This document shows, piece after piece, positions 17,520 through 24,741 of a stretch of DNA of 25,463 nucleotides (position 1 is its first letter; every line of letters starts with the position of its first letter). The translations under genes and the position numbers were made by a program. The notes under the pieces are model-generated. The model saw only the letters and a list, made by a program, of their open reading frames with translations. It searched no databases and was not told the origin of the DNA. This DNA is from Candidatus Methylomirabilia bacterium (GTDB taxonomy: Bacteria > Methylomirabilota > Methylomirabilia > Rokubacteriales > CSP1-6), in contig JBGQHJ010000066.1 in assembly GCA_041497895.1 (NCBI GenBank), positions 1 through 25,463 on the forward strand, given 5' to 3'.

Positions 17520-18881
17520 ATGGACACCCGCCTGAAGAACCTCGCCGAGCAGCTCGACGCCGGTCTCATCGCCCGCCGCGAGTTCCTGCGCAAAGCCGCC
17601 GTCATCACCGGTGGCACCGCGGCGGGCCTGCACGCGCTGCGCGGGATGGCCTCCGCGCAGGCCAAGGGCAAGCTGCGCGTGTGGCTCTTCAAGAGCTTCG
17701 TCACCGCGGGCAACGACGTGGTGGCCAAGCACATCGAGACCTGGGCCAAGGACAAGAACGTCGAGGTCGAGATGGACTGGGCGACCTTCGGCGACCGCGA
17801 GCAGAAGTTCGTGGCCGCCATCGAGGCCGGCAATCCCCCCGACATGGCCGAGATGAACATCTACGGCCCGATGCGGTACAAGGCCGCGCTGCGCGACGTC
17901 ACCAAGGTGGCGAGCGACCTCGCCAAGGCGAAGGGGGGCCTGCTGCCGTTCGCCGAGCGGGCCATGAAGCTCGACGGCAAGTTCCTGGGCGTGGCGCGCT
18001 ACTCGATGACCACCGTGTTCTTCATCCGCAAGGACGTGATGGAGGCCAAGGGGCTCAAGGTCCCGAAGGTCTACGATCCCGACGTGGTCGAGTTCGCCAA
18101 GAAGGCGCAGGACTCCGCCAAGGACCTCTGGGGCTTCGGCCAGACCCTGAACCGCTCCGACGACGGCGACGGGTTCATGTCCAACATCCTCTGGGACTAC
18201 GGCGGGGGTGTCTGGGACAAGGACGGCAAGCCGGCCCTCGGCACGAGCTTCCTCAAGCAGAACATGGCCGCGCTCCAGTTCTCGGTGGACACGATCAAGA
18301 AGCACGGCATCCAGCCGCCCGGCGTGATGGGCTGGACCGACGTGTCCAACAACGAGGCGTACATGGCGGGCAAGCTGGTGACCACCAACAACGGCGCTAG
18401 CCTCTACTACGCGATGGTCAGCAAGAAGCACGAGCTGGCGCCGAAGACCCTCTGCGTGCTGACGCCGGGCGGCCCCGCGGGCAGCTTCGTGGGCTCCTCC
18501 TGCTACAACTGGGCCGTCTTCCAGAAGGCGCAGAAGGCCGAGCTCTGCGAGGACCTCATCCGCTACCTCGAGGACGAGAAGCGCTTCGCCGAGTACACCC
18601 AGGTCTCCGTCGGTCAGGCGGGCCCGGTCTACAAGGGCCGGGTGGACAACCCGTACTGGAAGTCGGACCCGAACTTCGACGCGATGGTGCAGAACATCCT
18701 GCGCAGCGTGAACATCGGCTACCCGGGCCCCATGACGCCGGCCGCCGCCGAGGTGCAGGGGCAGAAGATCCTGACCGACATGGCGGGGCGCGTGGTGGTG
18801 GGCGGCCTCACCGCCGAGGCGGCTCTGAAGGAAGCGCACGCGCGGATCGAGGAGATCCACAAGATCCGCGGCAAGGCCTAG
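17520..18881 (+). CDS. ABC transporter substrate-binding protein (carbohydrate family), Tat-exported
   Basis: Strong AAGGAGG SD; ARREFLRK twin-arginine signal ending MASA; AIEAGNPPD; 453 aa; followed by two permeases. Confidence 0.92.
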   Translation: MDTRLKNLAEQLDAGLIARREFLRKAAVITGGTAAGLHALRGMASAQAKGKLRVWLFKSFVTAGNDVVAKHIETWAKDKNVEVEMDWATFGDREQKFVAAIEAGNPPDMAEMNIYGPMRYKAALRDVTKVASDLAKAKGGLLPFAERAMKLDGKFLGVARYSMTTVFFIRKDVMEAKGLKVPKVYDPDVVEFAKKAQDSAKDLWGFGQTLNRSDDGDGFMSNILWDYGGGVWDKDGKPALGTSFLKQNMAALQFSVDTIKKHGIQPPGVMGWTDVSNNEAYMAGKLVTTNNGASLYYAMVSKKHELAPKTLCVLTPGGPAGSFVGSSCYNWAVFQKAQKAELCEDLIRYLEDEKRFAEYTQVSVGQAGPVYKGRVDNPYWKSDPNFDAMVQNILRSVNIGYPGPMTPAAAEVQGQKILTDMAGRVVVGGLTAEAALKEAHARIEEIHKIRGKA

Positions 18882-18883
18882 AC

Positions 18884-19882
18884 ATGGCGACCGTCCACCC
18901 CTCGTCCCCCCCTCTCCCCTCCGGGGAGAGGGTCGGGGTGAGGGGCGGTTTCCACCCCGAAGCCACCCCGAAGCCCCGCGTCAAACTCGAGGTCACGCTG
19001 CGGCGGCTCTTCGGCCCCGACTACCGCATGGGCTTCCTGTTCGTGGCGCCCATCGTGGTGCTGGTCCTGGCCCTGGTCGCGTACCCGTTCGGCTACGCGG
19101 TGTACCTCAGCATGACCCGCAAGTACGTCGGCATGCCACCGGTGTGGGTCGGCTTCGAGAACTACGTCCGGCTCACCTACGACGGATTTTTCCAGCGCGC
19201 GGTCGTCAACAGCTTCACGTTCACGTTCGCCTCCGTCGCCATCAAGACGGTGCTGGGCATGGGCATGGCGCTCGTGCTCACCTCGAAGATCCGCTTCCGG
19301 TCGTTCTGGACCGGCGTGCTGCTGATCCCGTGGGTGGCCCCCACCGTGGTGTCCGCGCTCAACTTCCTGTGGATCTTCGACTACAGCCTCGGCGTGCTGA
19401 ACTACATGCTCGTCAGCGTCTTGCACATCCTGCCCCGCGGGGTGGGCTGGCTCAGCGAGCCCGGCACCGCGATGGCCTCGGTCATCGGGGTCAACGTGTG
19501 GCGCGGCTTCCCCTTCTTCGGCATCAGCTTCCTGGCCGGCATGAAGGCGATCTCGGGCGAGCTCTACGAGGCGGCCGCGGTCGACGGGGCCACCGTGGTG
19601 CAGCGGTTCCGCTACGTCACGCTGCCCGGCATCCGCAACATCGTGATGATCGTGCTGCTGCTCTCGACGATCTGGACCTTCAACGACTTCGCGATCGTCT
19701 ACATCCTCACCAAGGGCGGGCCGGGCGGCGCCACCATGGTGCTGCCGGTGCTGACCTACGAGATCGCCTTCGGGGCCCAGCGCCTCGGCGAGGCCATCGC
19801 GGTCGCGCTCTACATGCTGCCCGCGCTCGCTTTCGTGATCATCGTGCTGTCGAACTACATGCGGAAAGGCCGCGCGCGGTGA
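18884..19882 (+). CDS. Carbohydrate ABC transporter permease (MalF/UgpA-like)
   Basis: 332 aa; WVGFENY, LYEAAAVDGA EAA loop, LTKGGPGGAT; N-terminus carries an in-frame palindromic insertion. Confidence 0.95.
   Translation: MATVHPSSPPLPSGERVGVRGGFHPEATPKPRVKLEVTLRRLFGPDYRMGFLFVAPIVVLVLALVAYPFGYAVYLSMTRKYVGMPPVWVGFENYVRLTYDGFFQRAVVNSFTFTFASVAIKTVLGMGMALVLTSKIRFRSFWTGVLLIPWVAPTVVSALNFLWIFDYSLGVLNYMLVSVLHILPRGVGWLSEPGTAMASVIGVNVWRGFPFFGISFLAGMKAISGELYEAAAVDGATVVQRFRYVTLPGIRNIVMIVLLLSTIWTFNDFAIVYILTKGGPGGATMVLPVLTYEIAFGAQRLGEAIAVALYMLPALAFVIIVLSNYMRKGRAR
18894..18958 (+). repeat. Palindromic element copy 1 (BoxC-like) flanked by 8-bp direct repeats, inside a CDS
   Basis: CCCTCTCCCC-TCC-GGGGAGAGGG (18910-18932) followed by TCGGGGTGAGGGG; TCCACCCC at 18894-18901 and 18951-18958. 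Confidence 0.85.
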
Positions 19883-20736
19883 TCGTCCGGGCCGGCCGCA
19901 GCACGGTGCAGATCGAGCGGACCCAGTCCGCGGTCTCGTACGCGATCCTGCTCACCTTCCTGCTGTTCGTGATCTTCCCGTTCTACTGGATGATCGTCAC
20001 GTCCTTCAAGGGCGAGACCCAGATGCGCAGCGTGGTCTCGATGTTCTGGCCGAGCCCGTTCGTCACCGAGAACTACGAGCACCTGCTCAACAAGACCGAG
20101 TTCGTCTCCTGGTTCAAGAACAGCATCATCGTGTCGGTCTCGAGCACGCTCCTGGCCACCGCGGTGGGCACCCTCGGGGCCTACGCGCTGGCCCGGCTCA
20201 AGTTCCTGGGCCGCGCGTTCATGGCCAGCACCGTGCTGATCACCTACCTGGTGCCGCCGTCGATCCTGTTCATCCCGCTCTATGCCCAGATCCGGAACCT
20301 GGGGATGGCGGACAGCCTCACCGGCCTGATCGCGGCCTACCCCTCCTTCACGGTGCCGTTCGTGACCTGGCTCCTGATGGGCTACTTCGAGTCGATCCCG
20401 GTGGAGCTGGAAGAGTCCGCGATGATCGACGGGGCCACCCGCTTCGGCGCGTTCCGCCGCGTGATCCTGCCGCTGGCCGCCCCCGGCCTGCTCGCGAGCG
20501 GGCTCTACGCCTTTACCCAGGCCTGGAACGAGTTCCTCTACGCCCTGGTCTTCATCACCAACGTGAAGCTGCGCACGCTGCCGGTGGGCCTCTCCACCTT
20601 CATCACCGGCGACGTCTACGGCTGGGGCTACCTGATGGCGGGCGCCGTCCTCACCACCCTGCCGGTCATCGCGGCCTACATCTACCTGCAGAAGTACATG
20701 GTGGAAGGGCTGACCGCCGGGAGCGTCAAAGGCTAA
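19879..20736 (+). CDS. Carbohydrate ABC transporter permease (MalG/UgpE-like)
   Basis: GTG start overlapping the upstream stop (GTGA); FPFYWMIVTSFK, GAYALARLKF, ELEESAMIDGA, AWNEFLYAL, VEGLTAGSVKG; 285 aa. Confidence 0.95.
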   Translation: MIVRAGRSTVQIERTQSAVSYAILLTFLLFVIFPFYWMIVTSFKGETQMRSVVSMFWPSPFVTENYEHLLNKTEFVSWFKNSIIVSVSSTLLATAVGTLGAYALARLKFLGRAFMASTVLITYLVPPSILFIPLYAQIRNLGMADSLTGLIAAYPSFTVPFVTWLLMGYFESIPVELEESAMIDGATRFGAFRRVILPLAAPGLLASGLYAFTQAWNEFLYALVFITNVKLRTLPVGLSTFITGDVYGWGYLMAGAVLTTLPVIAAYIYLQKYMVEGLTAGSVKG

Positions 20737-20740
20737 CCCC

Positions 20741-20790
20741 ACTTCACCCTCTCCCCTCAGGGGAGAGGGTAGGGTGAGGGGTGGTCCCCC
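20741..20790 (+). repeat. Palindromic element copy 2 (BoxC-like), between convergent genes
   Basis: CCCTCTCCCC-TCA-GGGGAGAGGG (20747-20769) followed by TAGGGTGAGGGG; same orientation as copy 1. Confidence 0.85.
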
Positions 20791-20791
20791 G

Positions 20792-21139
20792 CTACCCCAG
20801 CAGGCTCTTGTAAGTCCCTTCCTCGAATCCCACGATCAGCGTGCGCCCCTTGCGCAACGTGGGCGCCCGCAGATTACCGGTCGGCCCCAGCAGCAATCCC
20901 AGTAGCGTGGCGCGGTCGGGCTTGGCCTTCTTCAGATCCACGTGCTCCACCTTCTTGCCCTTCGCCACGTACAGCTCGTCCACGCCATCGAGGACGGCCA
21001 GCGCGGCGGCCCCCTTGATGGTGGCCTTCTTGGCGTCGGTCTGCTCGCTCACGCTCACCTTGTGCTTGGCAAGGAACCCTTGCGTCTTGGCGCAGGTCAT
21101 TCAGCCGTTGCGGTGATAGCTCCAGTCGACTTTGGCCAT
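20792..21139 (-). CDS. ArsC/Spx-like thioredoxin-fold protein, probable selenoprotein (UxxC)
   Basis: GAGGAG SD, then MAKVDWSYHRNG-TGA(21103-21101)-MTCAKTQGFL...LLGPTGNLRAPTLRKGRTLIVGFEE; the TGA occupies the first Cys of CxxC; 115 aa with readthrough. Confidence 0.85.
21069..21083 (-). promoter_or_regulatory. Putative bacterial SECIS apical hairpin
   Basis: GCAAGG-GTT-CCTTGC begins 17 nt 3' of the in-frame TGA, with G at the start of the loop; a possible lower stem ACCUGC/GCAcaAGGU flanks it. Confidence 0.6.
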
Positions 21140-21150
21140 GTGATCTCTCC

Positions 21151-22371
21151 TCAGTGGGTGTAGCGGCGCGCGTACTGGGCCACGCACGCCGCCTCGAGGG
21201 CCGCCGGATCGCGAGGGGCGGCGCCGAAGCGCTCCACCGAGACCGGGGCCAGGTCGGGATCGCTCTTGCCGTCCACGATCAGGTCGGCCAGCGCGCGGCC
21301 GGCGGCGGGCGAGAGGCTGAGCCCGCCCACGCAGCAGCCCGAGGCCACGAAGAGCCCGTCGAGTCCGGGCACGCGGCCCAGGATCGGCCGGCCGTCGGGG
21401 GTCATGGTGGGCGCGCCGCCGCGGTGCACCGCGACCTTCGCGTCGCGCAGGGCCGGGAAGTGGGCGGCGACCTCGTCGACCAGCCCGCGCAGCACGCCCA
21501 GGTCCAGCTCGAGTGCCGCGATCTGGAAGCCCGGCGGCAGGCCCTCGTGACCCAGCACGCGCGGGGCGTCCTCGTAGCCGCCGAACATGAGCCCGCCCTG
21601 CTCGTAGCGCACGTACACGCTCGCCTCCACGAGGCGCACGATGGGCTGGAGCGGCTCCACGCCCGGGATGGCCTCGGTGATGAAGAGCTGGTGTCGCACC
21701 GGGACCAGGGGCAGCGTGATGCCCGCGCTCGCGGCCACCCGCGCGGCCCAGCCGCCCGCCGCGTCCACCACCCGCGGCGCGTGGAGCGGCCCGCGCGCGG
21801 TCATCACCCCGGCCGCGCGCCCGCCCTCGCTCAGCAGGCCCTGCACCGCGGTGAAGGGGAGCAGGCGCGCGCCCACCTCTCCCGCGCGCGTGGCGAAGCC
21901 GATCGCGACCCGCGCCGGATCCACCCAGCCGTCGCTCGGCACGTGGAGGATGTGCCGCGCGGCCCCCGGCTTGAAGTGCGGCGCCAGCCGCCCGGCCTCC
22001 GCCGCCTCGATCAGGCGCGCCTCGATGCCGAGGGCGGCCGCGGTCTCCCGGGCGATGCGCACCCGCTCCACGCCTCCGTCGGTGTAGGCCGCGCGCAGGC
22101 TGCCGGAGCGATGGAAGTCCACCGTACGGCCCATCTCGCTCTCGAAGCGCTCGAGCGCCTCGCACGCCTCGTGGCGGAGCCGCGCCATGGTGGGCATGGT
22201 GTCGGCCTTGCTCGTGAGCCCGGCCGCGCGCGGGGAGGTCTGCGAGCCCAGCGCGTGCTGATCCACCAGCGCGACCTTGAGCCCGCGCCGGGCCAGGTGA
22301 TACGCGGTGCTCGAGCCGAAGGCGCCCGAGCCGATGACGACCGCGTCGGCGGTGCCGAGCCCGGCGGTCAT
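21151..22371 (-). CDS. FAD-dependent oxidoreductase, DAO/glycine oxidase/sarcosine oxidase beta family
   Basis: 406 aa; VVIGSGAFG, QTSPRAAG, DGWVDP, VVDAAGGW, TMTPDGRPILG, GLSLSPAAG. Confidence 0.92.
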   Translation of the reverse strand: MTAGLGTADAVVIGSGAFGSSTAYHLARRGLKVALVDQHALGSQTSPRAAGLTSKADTMPTMARLRHEACEALERFESEMGRTVDFHRSGSLRAAYTDGGVERVRIARETAAALGIEARLIEAAEAGRLAPHFKPGAARHILHVPSDGWVDPARVAIGFATRAGEVGARLLPFTAVQGLLSEGGRAAGVMTARGPLHAPRVVDAAGGWAARVAASAGITLPLVPVRHQLFITEAIPGVEPLQPIVRLVEASVYVRYEQGGLMFGGYEDAPRVLGHEGLPPGFQIAALELDLGVLRGLVDEVAAHFPALRDAKVAVHRGGAPTMTPDGRPILGRVPGLDGLFVASGCCVGGLSLSPAAGRALADLIVDGKSDPDLAPVSVERFGAAPRDPAALEAACVAQYARRYTH

Positions 22372-22372
22372 G

Positions 22373-24124
22373 TCAGGCGAGCCTCGAGCCGTGCGCGGTT
22401 TCCTCGTCGGTGACCGGGCGGCGGCCGCGCAGGAAGTCGAAGTCCACGCCCTCGTCGGCCTGCAGCACGTGATCGAGGAACATGCGCAGGTAGCCGCTGG
22501 TGACGCCGTCCGGCCGCGGCGTCCACGCCGCCCGCCGCCGCGCGATCTCCTCGTCGGGCACGCGCAGGGTCAGCCGACGCTCGGGCACGTGCAGCTCGAT
22601 CTCGTCGTCGTTCTGCACCAGGGCCAGCGGCCCGCCCACCGCGGACTCCGGCGTGACGTGCAGCACCACGGTGCCGTAGGAGGTGCCGCTCATCCGCGCG
22701 TCCGAGATGCGCACCATGTCCTTCACCCCCGCGCGCAGGAGACGGGCGGGCACCGGCGCCGCGCCCCACTCCGGCATGCCCGGGCCGCCCTTGGGGCCGG
22801 CCTGCTTGAGCACCAGCACCGAGTTCTCGTCGATGGGCAGCGTCGGGTCGTCGATGCGGCGCTCGAGATCGCGATGGTCCTCGAAGACCACCGCGCGCCC
22901 GCGGTGGATCATCAGGTGCGGCGAGGCCGCCGACTGCTTGAGCACCGCGCCGCCCGGGCAGAGGTTGCCGGTGAGGATGACCGTGCCGCCCTCGGGCTGG
23001 AGCGGCAGCGAGAGCGGCCGGATGACGTCGGTGTCGTGGCACGGCGAGCCGGCCACGTTCTCGCCCAGGGTCCGGCCGGTGACGGTGAGGGTCTCGTGGT
23101 GCAGCATCGGCAGCATCTCGCGCAGCACCGCCGGCACCCCGCCCGCGTAGTAGAAGTCCTCCATCAGGTACTTGCCGGACGGGCGGACGTTGGCGAGCAG
23201 CGGGGTGCTGCGCGAAAGCTCGTCGAAGCGCCGGAGCGGCAGCGGCACCCCCGTGCGCCCCGCGAGGGCGACCAGGTGCACGATGGCGTTGGTGGAGCCG
23301 CCGAGCGCCATGTCGGCGCGGATCGCGTTGTCGAACGCGGCCGCGGTGAGGATCTCGGACGGCTTCGGCCCGCGGGCCAGCGCCATCTCCACCGCGCGGC
23401 GGCCCGACATCTCGGCCAGCGCGAGGCGGCGCGAGTCCGGGCCGGGGATGGCCGCGTTGCCGGGCAGGGCCAGGCCCAGCACCTCGGCCATCGCCGCCAT
23501 CGTGGAGGCGGTGCCCATCACCATGCAGTGGCCGGTGGAGCGCGAGAGGCAGCCCTCGACTTCTGCCATCACTTCGTCTGTGATCTCGCCCGCCCGTCTT
23601 TGGGCCCAGATCTTGCGCGCGTCGGTGCCCGAGCCCAGCTCCTGGTTGCACCACACGCCCTTGAGCATGGGGCCGCCCGTCACCATGATCGCGGGCACGT
23701 CCGCGGAGGCGGCGCCCATCAGCATCGCCGGCGTGGTCTTGTCGCACGCGGCCAGCAGCACCACCGAGTCGAGCGGGTAGGCGCGGATGCACTCCTCCAC
23801 GTCCATCGCCATGAGGTTGCGGAAGAGCATGGTGGTGGGCTTCATCAGGATCTCGCCCAGCGAGATCACCGGGAACTCGAGCGGGAAGCCACCCGCGCTC
23901 CACACCCCGCGCTTGACCGCCTCCGCGACCTGGCGGAGATGCGCGTTGCAGTTGTTGAGCTCCGACCACGAGTTGCAGATGCCGACCACCGGGCGCCCGT
24001 CGAACATCGCGTCGCTGAAGCCCTCGGCCTTCAGATACGCGCGGTGCATGAAGCCGTCGAGATTCTTCGGGGCGAACCAGTTGCGGCTGCGGAGGGGCGG
24101 GGTGGCGGCGCGGGGGGTCGTCAT
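22373..24124 (-). CDS. IlvD/Edd family dehydratase, sugar-acid ([2Fe-2S], pentonate-like) subtype
   Basis: Start MTTPRAATPPLRSRNWF; NNCNAH, ACDKTTP, GHCMVMGTAS, GGSTNA, GPGMPEWG, SDARMSGTSYG, VLQADEGVDFDFL; 583 aa. Confidence 0.93.
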   Translation of the reverse strand: MTTPRAATPPLRSRNWFAPKNLDGFMHRAYLKAEGFSDAMFDGRPVVGICNSWSELNNCNAHLRQVAEAVKRGVWSAGGFPLEFPVISLGEILMKPTTMLFRNLMAMDVEECIRAYPLDSVVLLAACDKTTPAMLMGAASADVPAIMVTGGPMLKGVWCNQELGSGTDARKIWAQRRAGEITDEVMAEVEGCLSRSTGHCMVMGTASTMAAMAEVLGLALPGNAAIPGPDSRRLALAEMSGRRAVEMALARGPKPSEILTAAAFDNAIRADMALGGSTNAIVHLVALAGRTGVPLPLRRFDELSRSTPLLANVRPSGKYLMEDFYYAGGVPAVLREMLPMLHHETLTVTGRTLGENVAGSPCHDTDVIRPLSLPLQPEGGTVILTGNLCPGGAVLKQSAASPHLMIHRGRAVVFEDHRDLERRIDDPTLPIDENSVLVLKQAGPKGGPGMPEWGAAPVPARLLRAGVKDMVRISDARMSGTSYGTVVLHVTPESAVGGPLALVQNDDEIELHVPERRLTLRVPDEEIARRRAAWTPRPDGVTSGYLRMFLDHVLQADEGVDFDFLRGRRPVTDEETAHGSRLA

Positions 24125-24224
24125 AGGGCCCACATTCTGCCCTGTTTGCCGGGCTACGGCCAGCCCGGCGACCGACCCGCCAGGGCGCACCGGCTGGATC
24201 ACCCGCTCACACGCGCCAGAGACA

Positions 24225-24257
24225 CCACGAGCGTCGAGGGGTACTCGACGCTCGTGG
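24225..24257. terminator. Perfect 14-bp inverted repeat, possible terminator or stabiliser downstream of the small repeat protein
   Basis: CCACGAGCGTCGAG-GGGTA-CTCGACGCTCGTGG; no U-tract on either strand; a second 7-bp stem lies at 24262-24284. Confidence 0.55.
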
Positions 24258-24299
24258 GCCCACCGCGCTCATCGCATGCGCGGTCGGTTGGCTCAGGAC

Positions 24300-24584
24300 T
24301 TACCGCGAGCCGAAGTTCGTCGACTGGGTGAGTGGCTTGCCGTCCGGAGTGGCCGGGTTCGTCATGCCCACGCCGGTGATCCTGTCGACCGTCGGGAGAT
24401 TGCTGACCGTGATCGGCTTCCCGTCCGGAGTGGCCGGGTTCGTCATGCCCACGCCGGTTCCCCTCGTTGTGACCGGGTCCGGGGTGGTCGTGGGTGGCGG
24501 TGTCGGCTGCTGCGCGATGGCAACGCCGGCGACCGTTACGGTGGATGCCATCGCCAGTGCCGTGATCCAGGACGTGAGGGTCAT
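24300..24584 (-). CDS. Small secreted protein with duplicated TGVGMTNPATPDGKP motif
   Basis: GGGAGG SD 8 nt before ATG; signal peptide MTLTSWITALAMASTVTVAGVAIA, Pro/Thr linker, two identical 15-aa repeats; 94 aa. Confidence 0.75.
   Translation of the reverse strand: MTLTSWITALAMASTVTVAGVAIAQQPTPPPTTTPDPVTTRGTGVGMTNPATPDGKPITVSNLPTVDRITGVGMTNPATPDGKPLTQSTNFGSR
24334..24458. repeat. Two 44-bp direct repeats, 81-bp period
   Basis: 24334-24377 and 24415-24458 differ at one position, synonymous in the minus-strand frame (GGG/GGC). Confidence 0.95.
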
Positions 24585-24684
24585 GGTCGTGACCTCCCTG
24601 GTTTCGCTCGGGCCCTCGTTGGCCCTGTCCCCCGGACCATTCCGGGGAATGGGCGCATCCGACCGCGCCCGATGCTGGTGCGGG

Positions 24685-24713
24685 AACATACCAGAACGGC
24701 GGCCGGAGGTAAA
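24685..24713 (-). promoter_or_regulatory. Putative sigma70 promoter of the small repeat protein
   Basis: TTTACC (24713-24708), 17 nt, TATGTT (24690-24685) with extended TGn. Confidence 0.55.
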
Positions 24714-24726
24714 CGACTCCGTGGCT

Positions 24727-24735
24727 TGCTAGACT
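24727..24735 (+). promoter_or_regulatory. Extended -10 promoter of the M48-like gene
   Basis: TGcTAGACT 6 nt before ATG 24742; no SD. Confidence 0.6.
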
Positions 24736-24741
24736 TCCGCC

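Noticed and set aside
20792..21139. ArsC-like gene as a nonsense pseudogene or a 102-aa protein starting at 21100
   Set aside because: The stop is TGA at exactly the redox Cys position, the rest of the gene is intact, the upstream ATG has the SD, and a SECIS-like hairpin follows; not fully excluded without seeing the sel genes
22373..24124. Calling the dehydratase ilvD and pairing it with the KARI as a branched-chain amino acid pathway
   Set aside because: Motifs (LRSRNWF, GMPEWG, SDARMSGTSYG, QADEGVDFDFL) fit the sugar-acid subgroup, and the two genes are more than 21 kb apart
24334..24458. Two 44-bp repeats with a 37-bp spacer as a mini CRISPR array
   Set aside because: Only two units, no third copy at the 81-bp period, no cas genes; the period is a multiple of 3 and the single mismatch is synonymous in a signal-peptide ORF
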